The translations under genes were made by a program, and so were the position numbers. The notes under the pieces are model-generated. The model was not told the origin of the DNA, ran no database searches, and saw only the letters and a program-made list of their open reading frames with translations. Of a stretch of 64,000 nt of DNA, positions 27,981-41,120 are shown piece after piece (the stretch's first letter is position 1; each line of letters starts with the position of its first letter). Origin of the DNA: Octopus bimaculoides (lineage: Eukaryota); NCBI RefSeq assembly GCF_001194135.2, contig NC_068991.1:44601961-44665960 (forward strand), written 5' to 3'.

Positions 27981-28627
27981 NNNNNNNNNNNNNNNNNNNN
28001 NNNNNNNNNNNNNNNNNNNNNNNNNNNNNNNNNNNNNNNNNNNNNNNNNNNNNNNNNNNNNNNNNNNNNNNNNNNNNNNNNNNNNNNNNNNNNNNNNNNN
28101 NNNNNNNNNNNNNNNNNNNNNNNNNNNNNNNNNNNNNNNNNNNNNNNNNNNNNNNNNNNNNNNNNNNNNNNNNNNNNNNNNNNNNNNNNNNNNNNNNNNN
28201 NNNNNNNNNNNNNNNNNNNNNNNNNNNNNNNNNNNNNNNNNNNNNNNNNNNNNNNNNNNNNNNNNNNNNNNNNNNNNNNNNNNNNNNNNNNNNNNNNNNN
28301 NNNNNNNNNNNNNNNNNNNNNNNNNNNNNNNNNNNNNNNNNNNNNNNNNNNNNNNNNNNNNNNNNNNNNNNNNNNNNNNNNNNNNNNNNNNNNNNNNNNN
28401 NNNNNNNNNNNNNNNNNNNNNNNNNNNNNNNNNNNNNNNNNNNNNNNNNNNNNNNNNNNNNNNNNNNNNNNNNNNNNNNNNNNNNNNNNNNNNNNNNNNN
28501 NNNNNNNNNNNNNNNNNNNNNNNNNNNNNNNNNNNNNNNNNNNNNNNNNNNNNNNNNNNNNNNNNNNNNNNNNNNNNNNNNNNNNNNNNNNNNNNNNNNN
28601 TTTTATATATATATATATATATATCTA

Positions 28628-28658
<31 letters not shown>

Positions 28659-31600
28659 TTATATATTAATATATATGTCTGCGTGTACATGTGCATGCGT
28701 GTGTATTCTGGAACAAAGATTATAGCATAATATTAAATTTCAGTAGGATGGATCCTTCATATTTGAAATTATTTTTCTGAATGACAATGAAAGTATTTAA
28801 AATGAACAGAAAATCAAGGGTTTAAATAAAACATATAAATTTTGAACAACTGTTACATGTTAGTGTAGAAATAGAAACCAAAATTAGAATGATGAAATTA
28901 AAACAAAAATATAAATATATGAACATACATATACAGACAAAAGGTAAGAAACACAACTAAATAATAAACATGATTGAAGTGAGCACTTACAGTCTCCTAC
29001 CCTCCCCTTCACTCATACACTAACCTTATTAGCAGAATAAGAATGTCAATATATGAAGTCTTATCTACATAATATTACAGTCCATGAAATGAGGCCAATA
29101 ATATAATAATCTCTCTAATTACATGTGTGCATGCACACACACACACACACACACAAACACATACATCAATAATATATATGTGTGAGTGTGAGTGTGTGCA
29201 TACATATGCACACATCTACATATATAACACACATACGCACACACATGCATATATATATATATANNNNNNNNNNNNNNNNNNNNNNNNNNNNNNNNNNNNN
29301 NNNNNNNNNNNNNNNNNNNNNNNNNNNNNNNNNNNNNNNNNNNNNNNNNNNNNNNNNNNNNNNNNNNNNNNNNNNNNNNNNNNNNNNNNNNNNNNNNNNN
29401 NNNNNNNNNNNNNNNNNNNNNNNNNNNNNNNNNNNNNNNNNNNNNNNNNNNNNNNNNNNNNNNNNNNNNNNNNNNNNNNNNNNNNNNNNNNNNNNNNNNN
29501 NNNNNNNNNNNNNNNNNNNNNNNNNNNNNNNNNNNNNNNNNNNNNNNNNNNNNNNNNNNNNNNNNNNNNNNNNNNNNNNNNNNNNNNATATATATATATA
29601 TATATATATATAAAGCCAAATGTTAGAGGAACTCCATATTTTCTAACATCAATGATTTTAGAAATAATTTCTGATCCATTTCAAATCAATAATGTTTTAC
29701 TTTGACCTTATTTCATTTCAACTATATCACATCAGGAAAATAATTACATTAGAATTAATATATTATTATTTTCATCTTCTTTACTGTGAAAACCCAGGTG
29801 ACACTGTTTAGAACTTATTCCAGTTGCAATAGATTTAGTTTGTTCATTTAACATAATCTTGTTACACACACAATCTTTTGACAAATTCCTACATAGAGCT
29901 ATTTTGTGACTATGTAAATTCAGAATTCAGCCACCAGATATTAAAGAAATTTCATTAAACTAACGATCAAATAAGTTTGGTGGATGACTATTTACTATTA
30001 AAGATCTGAGTGTAAAAAAAGAACATTTATTTATTGAAATTCTATTACTCCTCCATGAGTACACAAATTTAAATTGCTCAAAATATGTTACTTTACCAAA
30101 CTGCAGTTTCAAATAAATAAAATGCAATATAAAACAGACAACTAACTGCTTCTTAAAATGAAGAAGCTAGGTTTCACTTCTTTTAATAGAACAACGTTGT
30201 ATCTGTTTTTACAATTAGTTTCAAATTACTAATCATACCAGAGCTAAAGTTCATATGAACAGTAAGTTTTATACACTGCATGAATAGTACCTATAAAATG
30301 TCCAAAATAGAATAAAACAACACACATCCAATGACTTACACACTTATAGAGCCTTACTTAAAAATAATATATCCCTACTACCATACATACATGAATGTTG
30401 CTGACTTGATTCTAAACAACCTATTTAAGTGTTCATAAAGGGAACCTGTACAAAAAAAACTGCTTGACCAAAAAAAAAAAAAACTATTCCATTCTTTGAT
30501 GATAGTTATACTATGAGATTTACAGCATGTTGTCTATTGACCAGAATAACAGGAGAGAAGAAGATATATTCTTATAGACTAGCTACTGTCTCATACATAC
30601 AGACTATTCACTGCGCTAATTACATAAATACACACCCCAAATACATGCATGCATACCAATACATACATATACCCACCCATGCGTATTGTACATTGTCAAA
30701 TGGCATACTATGAAGATGGCTTTATGGAGTATACAACAATAAAATAAAGATGCCCGGAAACAGAAATATGCATAAATAATTCATATAATACTTCCTTCAG
30801 ATCAATGTTTATAGATCAGTATAATTTTCAAAATATTTCATTATGTCATTTTTCTTTTGTGGTTCAAGAAAGAAGCTCATATATTTATTTACAAATTAAT
30901 TTTGGAGTATTACTTGGTATTTTTTCAATTGAAATTTAATATAGTCAAAATTATCATTAATTTCTTAAAAAACATCCTTTTACTCAAATTGTGTATTATC
31001 AAAAGTATTTCACATAGTCCGATGTGATTAATGAAATTATAAAATATTTCAAGATAACTAATTTTAAATTGAGCTGTATGCACACATGATTCACCTTTTT
31101 GCTAAATCCTTCTGAAATTAGTCATATCGTTTTACCCGAAATATTAATTCCTTGTCAACTGAAAACTGAAAAACTTTTACTTGCTAAGACACAAATACCA
31201 AGAAAATATTAACCTTTTTGGGCAATGTTCTCATTTCTAACACCCTTTACATCTATGAATGAAAAGTTTCCAATATAAAATGGAGAAAGAAAAAAATTAA
31301 AACTTCAGATATTTTGATAAGAAACTTTTAATGAAATATAATAGCTAAAATTTATTTTATTTCAATATGATTCTTTACTTTGTCAAACAATATGTTTAGA
31401 TGATTAAGATTTTACTGTTATACAACAGAATCAGTTGCATGACTGTGAATTCAGACATTTATTAAAATAAATATCAGAATTCACAGTTGAAATACAATTG
31501 TCTGCCCTGTTCCTAATGCTAATCTTTCAACCTTTTCAGTGGCAAATGGTAGGCTTAATCTGTTACTGATGCTCCTTTAATGTCACCACCTGGTCCTTGC

Positions 31601-33227
31601 TACTTTTAGTGAAGTCTATTCTGTTGCAAGCATGTGGACCAGATCTCCACTCTGAGGATAATTCAATATTTTGATGTGTTACTTTCTACCACAGCAGCCC
31701 ATGAAATGTGACTTCTTTCTCCCTTACCCTCATCAGACTCAGAGGTCTGTACAAAAATGATGGATGTTGTCCTTTCTCTTCATGCTTAATAAAAAAAAAA
31801 ATTGAAAAAAAGATAAGCTCTCCACAAATGAATCCTGGTTTCAACTATTTCACACACTGTTATTTCTATAAAATGTTAAGCAGCATGCCTATGTAAGAAA
31901 TAAAATGTTTCCAATGTTTGTAAAGATTTAAGCAAGGGTCACTTTTATTATATTAATAACTTTCTAACATAGGCACAGAATTATTAATATTATCATCACT
32001 AGCACAAATGGTAGAGTGCCAAAAGTAGTAAAAATAAATCATTTTTGGTCTAGAAAACTATCTAACCATGCATTAGTTGCTAGTGAATTTGGTCAACAAT
32101 TGAGCATTTTCAATTTCATAGTGGCCAGGTTAAGAGGTAAGATTTTAATGGCTTACTCAGGGAATACCTAGCTTCAGTGTTAAGATACGAATTTGTTTTT
32201 AATTAAGATGCCAATGCTACATCTATTCAACTATAATGACTCCTTGAAATAAGATGACTAATTAGATTAACTAAATTTTGAAAATATATCACAGAAATTC
32301 ACTAAGAAATTAAAAAGATTATATGCATATAAATAAATTAAAGCTTCTTAAAAATAATTCCAAAATGTAAACAAAATCAATAGTTCATACATAAAAGTAA
32401 ACCAGAAATTCTGATACATTTCCAGAAACTCTTGTAGGTCACTTGACTATGCTTATATAATTTCAAAATTGATTTTTAATGATATCATATTTCTGTTTAC
32501 TCATCTATAGTTGGTGCACCATTTTTGTTATATTGCATAAATTCAAGAATACAAATAAACAAGTCAAACAATAAAGAAGAATAGAACAGAAAACATGTCT
32601 TTGAATTAAATATGGTTAATTGAAGAATCAGGAATCTAGTCAATAACAGAATGGAAAATAAAATTTCATACATTTATTACATTAAAATTCCTTATAAATT
32701 TTAAGCATTTCATTATTAATCATTAAAGTACACCAATTTGAGTATAAAACCATATATCTGATCTTATGCCCAAATTGTTTTCTCATTGTTTTTTAAGCAA
32801 CAATAATTTTTTATTGTTATTTTCAATCCAAAATACACACAACTTGAATAATTTAAACAAAAACAAAACTTTTAATGGATAGTTAAAAGATAAAAAACAT
32901 TTATAAACTGTAAATTGTAAAAAAAAATTGTGCATATTTTCGTATTTGTAATATCCTCTTTTTGTTGGGTGCTCAACAAATGTTATTTTTACTTTTTCTT
33001 TTTGAGGTATTGAAGAAGTTTCAGATACTTTAAAACTATTAAATATTGAAACATGTCTCAGGAGACATCATCAATAATTTAGTTTTATATAACTTAAGTA
33101 CAGCTCTGAAAAAGGTTTAAAGAAATATTTGATGAATGTTAATCTTTGAAAATATTTGATGGTTTAAAAAAGATAAGAAATAACTTTTAGGTTAATCAGA
33201 CTGTTTAAAACTGTTTAGATAAATCAT

Positions 33228-33248
33228 AATAATAATAATAAAAATAAA

Positions 33249-33310
<62 letters not shown>

Positions 33311-33345
33311 TAAAATTAATGATAATAATAATGATAATAATAGTT
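33228..33345. repeat. (AAT)n microsatellite
   Basis: Read directly. Confidence 0.95.
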
Positions 33346-33732
33346 TAATTGAAACTTAACTATATTGGAAGAAATCACTAAACATTCATAGTTAATTACA
33401 AAACACTAAAACTAGCTTTAAAAGATACCAACAAACATTAAGAAATATTGATAAATGTTAACACTAGTTTTTAGGGGAACATTAAACATTCAGGACTATT
33501 GATGAAATGTTAAAACTAATTTTTAATATGTTACTAAGCATTCAGGGACAGTGAAAACAAAGGCAGTACTCATCTGGTTAAAAATTGATAAAATTTTTTT
33601 ATCAAATATTTCAAGTTGACCAAATTGTTTTAATTATAACTGATATCTTGAGACAGTAGTGAAATTAAAGGTGTTAAAAAACAATAAGCTAGTTGGGAAA
33701 GGGCTTAAAATTGCCTGAAAATAATTACTAAC

Positions 33733-33897
33733 CTTCCGTTCGGCTTCCTCTTCTTCAGCATCTGCTTGGTCTTGTTTCTGTTGCTCGTCATAAGACATAG
33801 CAACAATGGCTAATATTAAATTAACCAGATAGAAAGATCCCAGAAAGATGACCAAAATAAAGAATAATGCATGAATGGGACCTTCAGCTCGTATAAC
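33733..33897 (-). CDS. Nav1: Nav exon 9 (DI-S6: [55 protein letters not shown]), 165 nt
   Basis: Acceptor ttttttttgatag, [20 protein letters not shown] signature, donor AAG|GTTAGT, phase 0. Confidence 0.97.
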
Positions 33898-35080
33898 CTA
33901 TCAAAAAAAAAAACAGTTTTTTCTTTAAATGCAAACATTTGTAATTTGGATAGGAAATTCTAAAAATCTACGTAAGTTTTATAATTCTTTATCATCTGCA
34001 GTTGAGTAAAATAAGTTTGGTAAATAAGTGAGTACCAACATGGCACAAAGAATTTGATGGAGGCAGAACAGAATCCAACAGCATAGATTTTCTTCTACGC
34101 CTAAAAACAAACTTTACAAAACCTTATGTAAAGCACAAAATTATATGAAGTATTTAAACTTGGTATATTAAACAATAGGTGGGAAACCTGTAACCTTAGA
34201 GACAAATGTGGCCTTATGAAAGAAGTATGTTGTAGGGAAAATCATTATACTAGAATATATATCTTTTCAATTACTTGAACATTTTAGAAACATTTATATT
34301 TCTTTATCTACACCTATAATTACTTCTTTAAAGTAATTACAATTGTGTTTAAAACAGGGATCTGAAGAACTTTTCAGAAAAAAGTTACAATGATGCTTAT
34401 TCCAAAACTCTGCCTTTTTTTTTTTTACACTTTGTTAGAGTTTATATGAGAAATTACATTTTATAAAATGAGAATTTAGTAGTATCAATATTTTTTTTAA
34501 TGAAGCTTTGGTAAATGGCAGTTAACTTCAATGTGGCCTTTTAACCTTAAAAAAGCTTCCCCACTGCTGCACTAAAACTATCAGGAGTAACATTTACTTA
34601 CAAGTCATTATCCTTATATTCATATACATATATGAAAGATAAGTACAAATATATTTTCATTAAAATATTAAATATATTTTATTTTTTGTGTACTTCCTTT
34701 TCCAACTGACTAAATAAATATAAATTTTCCATTGAATTGCCTGTCTCATTCAAAAGGATTTTTTGAAAAAACAAACAAACAAAAAAACCCCAGAGTTTTA
34801 AGTCCTGATATACTTCCTGTTACCAATATTCAGAAGCAACAAAAAAGATTTTACAATCAGTGTCTTTCAAGACTTATTGTAAGTATGACACCATAAGCTC
34901 ACAAGATTTTGAAGTTGACATCATACACATTAATTTTCTACATTAAAGACCAAATTGGTTCAACATATGCTACCTCAGCTGACTCTCCATATTTTTAGTA
35001 AATTTGACAGTACATTATCAGACTGATAGAGACAAAAAGACATATTTATCTAGTTGAAATATAAACAATTTGCCTTGATG

Positions 35081-35615
35081 TAGTACCAGGCAGTGGCTCT
35101 CATGGCTTCTGATCTTAACTGATTGGAAGTATTATCATGTACATTGTTTTGTCTTGGTATAAAAGATGGGCTACAGCAAATATTCTGCTCAATACCACAG
35201 ATTTGCTTGTCAATTGTTTGACCTTAACCAGTTGAGCATGTTGCTTAGTGGCTGACGATATGTGCATCTCTGATCACAAGCAGAAGTAGTGGGGGAGCAT
35301 CATAGCCATGTGTTGAGAGGAATTCTTTGGGGTTTGGATAATTCACCTCTGGTAACATAGGTGTTTCTTTCAACATCCTTAAACAACCCTTATCCAGGGG
35401 TCTTTTGAGCAGGATGGGCTACTCAACCTGAAGAAAATTCTAACTGGGCCCCACATGCATTGTTTATCTTGATATGAGATCACCATGTCATGCACACATG
35501 GTTGTGATGCATGTGCCTGGTGTACCCTTATAAGACGGGTAGTCATGATGGGTATACTCGACTTTGTACATTTTACCCCAGTATCACTTTGATGGCATGC
35601 ACTGCTCTCTCACTC

Positions 35616-35653
<38 letters not shown>
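35081..35653 (+). mobile_element. Retroposed repeat of about 540 nt ending in an (AAT)n tail
   Basis: GC-richer block with sharp edges ending ctctctcactc(aat)n, as expected for a LINE 3' UTR or SINE. Family not assigned. Confidence 0.6.
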
Positions 35654-35655
<2 letters not shown>

Positions 35656-35981
35656 GTGATAACTGTTGTTGACAGAACTATGAGACCAACAAATTTTATG
35701 TGTATTGGGGAGGAGAAGTTAGTCATCTAAACTGACCCCAGTATTTGAGTAATAATAGTAATGATTCCTAACATAGATACAAGATCACAAATGGTTAATC
35801 AATTAATTTATTGGTTCTGGAAAAATGAAAGTAAAGTCAACCTTGGCAGGATTTGAATTTAGAAAGTAAAAGAGCTGTAACTAAACAGTACAAGGCATTT
35901 TAGCTGACACACTAATGATTCTGCTAAATAACAATATAGAGAAAAATCTAGTACTTAATTAAATAACAAATACTATCTTAC

Positions 35982-36126
35982 AAGCTGGTATAAATTTTCC
36001 CAATAATCTTGAGTCATCAATCGAAAGGCACATAACATAGCCCAGGCAAAGTTGTCAAAACTTGTATATCCGAAATTTGGATTATCTCCTATTTCTTGTA
36101 AACATGTGAAATTTTCAGCACATTGT
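35982..36126 (-). CDS. Nav1: Nav exon 8 (DI pore loop: [48 protein letters not shown]), 145 nt
   Basis: Acceptor ttatctttcag, NPNxGYTSFD and FRLMTQDxWENLY signatures including the D of DEKA, donor CTT|GTAAGA. Confidence 0.97.
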
Positions 36127-36347
36127 CTGAAAGATAACAAAAAACATATATTAATAAAAAATAAAATTAATTTGGCAAATAATTATTTTCTTATGTAGAA
36201 ATTACAAAAGTTTACCAAAAATGCTTTTTTTTTATAACCAAATAAATCTGAAATTATAATTTTTTTTACATACTTAAAAGTACCTAAAATGAAAAAGAAT
36301 TCTATATTTATCAGACTGGTAATATAAATCTGCCTATATATATATAT

Positions 36348-37057
36348 ATGGGCTGTGACTGCTGAGGACATGCGTAAGCTCACAAGGAATGAAGCCAGTA
36401 TGCTCCGTTGGATGTGTAATGTCAGTGTGCATACCCGTCAGAGTGTAAGTATCTTGAGAGAAAAGCTGAACATTAGAAGCATCAGTTGTGGTGTGCAAGA
36501 GAGACGATTGCGCTGGTATGGACATGTGGTGAGAATGGATGAGGATAGCTGCGTGAAAAAGTGCCACACCCTAACAGTTGAGGGAACCCGTGGAAGAGGT
36601 AGGCCCAGGAAGACCTGGGCTGAGGTGGTGAGGCAAGACCTTCGAACATTGGGCCTCACCGAGGCAATGACTACTGACCGAAACCTTTGGANNNNNNNNN
36701 NACCATTCTGAGCGTGACCGTTGCCAGTACCGCCTGACTGGCCTTCATAGGATTTTCGAGCGAGATCGTTGCCAGTGCCCCTGGACTGGCTCTTGTGCGG
36801 GTGGCACATAAAAGACACCATTTTGAGTGTGGCCGTTGCCAGTACTGCCTGACTGGCCCTCGTGCGGGTGACACGTAAAAGCACCCACTACACTCTCTGA
36901 GTGGTTGGCGTTAGGAAGGGCATCCAGCTGTAGAAACTCTGCCAAATTAGATTGGAGCCTGGTGTTGCCATCCGGTTTCACCAGTCCTCAGTCAAATCGT
37001 CCAACCCATGCTAGCATGGAAAGCGGACGTTAAACGACGACGATGATGATGATGATG
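36348..37057 (+). mobile_element. 5'-truncated RTE LINE (last ~110 codons, 3' UTR, (GAT)n tail) inserted in a (TA)n tract
   Basis: WAVTAEDMRKL...RRLRWYGHVVRM...GTRGRGRPRKTW (ORF 36355-36711), same family as 43830-47347. Both sides are TA-rich. Confidence 0.92.
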
Positions 37058-37065
37058 CATATATA

Positions 37066-37487
37066 TCAGGTTGAGTAAAAAGTAAGCAATGTTTTGAACG
37101 ATGAAGAATTTGACCCAGATTTTTGCAGAGTTTTGGATTTTTTTAAACAATTTTTTGCAATTGTCTGATAATATAGACATAGACTTGCCAAAATGCATCA
37201 ATAAATTAACATTGATATTTTTTTTCACCATTATTACAATCATCTGAAATGGAACTGTCAAAGCGTGATATTCAGGCAATTTTGCTATTCAACTTCAAAA
37301 AAGGACATAAAGCAGCTGAAACTGCTGGCAATATCAACAAAATGTTTGGTGAAGAAATGACCAGTGAGTGGTCAGCTCAAAAATCGTTTAAACAATTTTG
37401 CAGTGGAGACCTGAGTCTTGAACATCGTGAGTGTAGTGGACGCCCATCTGTCATTGAGGATGATCAATTAAAGACTGTCATTGGGAA
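37066..37487 (+). mobile_element. Mariner 5' fragment (left TIR and transposase HTH region)
   Basis: TA|TCAGGTTG end. ORF 37249-37503 reads FKKGHKAAETAGNINKMFG...FCSGDLSLEHRECSGRP. Confidence 0.85.
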
Positions 37488-37504
37488 AGAAGTGGTATTA
37501 TAAT

Positions 37505-38225
37505 TAATGGGTATAGGATCAGTTGGCTGATATCTGTAGCTGACTTGGTGCTACTTGGCTTGACAATGTTATCTTCAACATATACTGAAAAGGTTTGCAG
37601 CCAAATTAGAATTGCAAAGACTGAGAAACTAGTCCCCTAGTGAAAGTCTTCTCAGTGCCTCTGCATATTAGTAGAACATCACTACCTCAGAGTAGTTGAA
37701 ATGAATGTTAGAATTCCAGGTGCTGGCACAGTAATGTGCTAGCTCCAACATTCAATCCTCAGAAGAGGAGAGGTTGGTGAAAAAAGCCAAACTCACTATT
37801 TTCAATTTGGTTTTTGTACCTATCCTTACCTACGTCATGAATGTTGTGAATACAAGTAGCTGAAATAAGAATCCTCTGAAGGATCTTTGAAGTAGCCGTA
37901 CTTGATAGGGCACACATCGTGAAGATCTCCAAGTTGAGCCACTACTTCAGAAAATTGAAAGATTACAGCTCCAGTACTACAGACATATGATTAGGATATT
38001 GCAGGAAAGAAAGAATCACAAGAGGGATTCTTCAAGCCAAGCCAACTGGCAAGAGACCAAGAGGTAGACTAAGAATGAGATGGTTGGATAATATGCTTAG
38101 TCTCAGTTGGTCAAGCTTGGGAATTCAGCAGGAAAATCTAATAATGGTCGCTTTTGAAAGGACCCTATGGCAAAGATGCCTGAGGACTCTATACACATGA
38201 TTCTCCTAGGGAAAATGGGCTGAGA
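37505..38225 (+). mobile_element. Decayed RTE 3' fragment, same family as 21170-22275
   Basis: Colinear blocks such as ggagaggttggtgaaaaaag, tctcagttggtcaagcttg and ggcaagagaccaagaggtagac. Confidence 0.75.
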
Positions 38226-38589
38226 AGTTAGATGAATGTAGAAGTTTGCTTTTACTAGCAGATGACCAATTTTCTATTCATTTGTCATAGATTTCAAGCC
38301 ACAATAAACTAAAAAGTTTGAAACTTTTTGTTTACAAATATAAATTTACAAGCAGTATAAGCACACACATATACACACACTCTCTGTATATTTTGGTGTT
38401 TATATTCATCTTTGAAACTTGAAAAATCTTTGGTCAATCTCGGAGGTATCTAATATATTACTTTATATTTTAAGTGCAAAACTCGAACCTTTGATATAAT
38501 TGGGAAGAAAATCTAATAACAGTGAAGGGGGAACAATTCTCATGATCTCTACAAACTTTTACATATTAGTGAGATTGAGGCAATTGATG

Positions 38590-39400
38590 TTTAACTCAAA
38601 AAACATGTAGGTCAAAGATGTGTAAGGAATGGCCTATTGGATTTATGAGTCTGGGGAGGAAAGAACCGAAGAAAGTGTTTCATACAAAGTTTGGTGTTGT
38701 GACACAATAAGGGCAATGGGAAAAGGAAAAACTATAGGGTCAGATGAGCCTAGGTGGACAAGTGTGCAACTAGCTAGTTCAGAAGCAGTAGCATCATCTC
38801 ATATATGTGAGCAGTACTCAGTGTAGGTATATCTTTAGCTATTTTTATAAAGAGATAATAATTATAGATTGGAGTTGAAGTATTTTCCTGGAGAGGAAGA
38901 TTGGTCTTTGAGTGGTTTTGGTAATGCTTTATATATTAATATGATGGAATCTTCCATCGAAGATAGCAGTGTTCAGTTTTTGTTGAACAACCTGCACAAA
39001 TGATTTGTTTATATGATCAAATGTATGCACTGTATATTAGCTCATTCCCTCCATTAAATTGATGTTGCCCAAACAAGTGCACAATATACCACATGTCAGA
39101 TGTTGAAGTGATCGCTAAGATACTAAGCATAATGTCCCCATTAAAGAATGTTCATGATCTCTATTCATGGAAACAGTATAAATTTGGTACTTAGGGTGTG
39201 TAGATGATACCTGTATTAAGAAAGCAAAGGGGGAAAGGTGGATTGTTTCATCTGCATAGGAACGTATGTTGTGTGGTTAGGAGCTACAGCAATTTGAATG
39301 ATTAATATGCAAAAAGGAAAGTATGGAAGACATTAGTGAATCCTGAGGTGTATTAAAATTTGAGTGTGGGTTAAAGAGAGCTTTGCCAGCATATGTAGTA
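38590..39400 (-). mobile_element. Heavily decayed LINE AP-endonuclease region (CR1/L2-like)
   Basis: On the minus strand, a GDFN-like motif (agcgatcacttcaacatc, about 39110) and HLGSSD (about 38745) occur in APE order. Confidence 0.4.
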
Positions 39401-41059
39401 GTGTGATCAAATATAGGAGATTTCTAATACAAGAAATGAAAGAAGTATGTAAACCATAAATGAACAATTTTGCTGGAAGCTTCTCATGTCAGACAAAGTC
39501 ATAATCTTTTCTGATGTCTAGAGCAAACAGCTGTAGTCAATGTTCTCAAAGAAGAGTGACTAGTAAAGTGTGATTTATGAAAATTTCAGGTAGGTCTCGC
39601 TCAAATGAAGCCAAACTGTATGGATTCATATGTGATGGAGGAGGTACTTGTTAACAATTATTTTAGAAAATATGATATATATACATCAATATTATCACTG
39701 TCACTTTTATATCCATATTTTCTGTGCAAGCACAGATTGCATGGAGCTGTAATATAGCATCTCTTCCTGCTAAGAGACACCTTTCTCAAATTAGAATAAT
39801 CTGTTTCCCAAAGCTACCATGTATTACTTCTACCATCAATTCTTGACACCTTTTCTCTCATCATACATCATCTATTCATATTACATACTTTCTACAGTGT
39901 AGTACTCAACAAATGTTACTTAAATCAGCTGCTTAATTCATTCATTTGTATTTGACAGTCTTATAAGCTAGGCATATAGAGTGAATAAAACTTAATATTT
40001 TTCCAGTTATATTAAAATATTTTGTATTCACTATGCATGCCTTACTGTCGTACATCATATTTCTTACCTGTTTCATATAAATTTGTCTTGTATGAAGATA
40101 GGAATCTTTTGATTCAAGTAAAAGCAAATACTTTATAAGAACTTATTTCATGTAAACTCTCACAGTAGCCACTAAGCTATCACTATTGCCATCATCACAG
40201 TTAAGTATGAATCTACATAACAAAACTCTATTACCACTTCCAGCTTGCAGATGTTTAAATTTCTTGTCACTTTATTAGAAATCTCACAGCACCTATTGGT
40301 ATTCCTTTCAACCATATAATATCACTTTATTGTTGTTGAGTGCAGCCCTGCTCAAAACTAGTACTTAAATTTTGGTAATGTTAGCCTTCAGGTTTTTTGA
40401 CTTGAGTCTGCGTTTTAAGTTTTGAACTTGTATTTCATTTTCTTCAATATGAAATTAAGATTAGGTTATCAGAACAAAAATGTTCCCATGGGTGCCAAGT
40501 TCTGGTCTTGATGATTGCTGTCGTAAGGACTATGAAGAAGAGAGGATAACTGAAGATAGATCCTAAATAGATAGCAAATTTTTTTGTGAGTGTACACAAA
40601 GCAAACTATATGAGGCATATATAAGATATTTGTAAGGCAATGAATGAGAACAATGTGTCTGAGAAATTAGCTCAGCATGATCCACTTGATGTGCCAATCT
40701 AATTACAAGAATGGTTGAATGTAAAAGATTTGAAAAGGCAGGTCATCATCAGAGATAATTTTACTGTCATATGGAAATGTCAAAAGAAAACATGATGTAT
40801 ATTGAGCAACATAGTTTGTCTGTAAAGACCACAAAAATGACCACCACCAGAGTATAGGACTTTCTATTGTTGGTGAAATATAACCAATGATAAAGGTTAG
40901 GGATCAATTAAATGAAACTGTAGTCTGTGATTGTTATCCTTATTTCTCTCTTTTTCTTTCATATACACATACATAAGAAAGTGTGAAAGAACAAACAATA
41001 GATAAATAGATTGTTGTTATTTCAGTAAGAAAAAAAGAAAATTGAATAACATTACATAC

Positions 41060-41120
41060 CCTGCGCCTGAAGCATTTCCACATACGAGAGTGTTTCCATA
41101 ATAATCTTCACCCCAATTAT
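41060..41120 (-). CDS. Nav1: Nav exon 7 (DNWGEDYYGNTLVCGNASGAG), 61 nt
   Basis: Acceptor tttttctattcag, CGNxSGAG motif, donor GG|GTATGT, phase 1 in and phase 2 out as required. Confidence 0.93.

Noticed and set aside
15253-29705. Long ORFs in the track (15253-15875, 17075-17989, 27794-28730, 29119-29705)
   Set aside because: They are open only because they run through N-gaps and (TA)n/(CA)n tracts.
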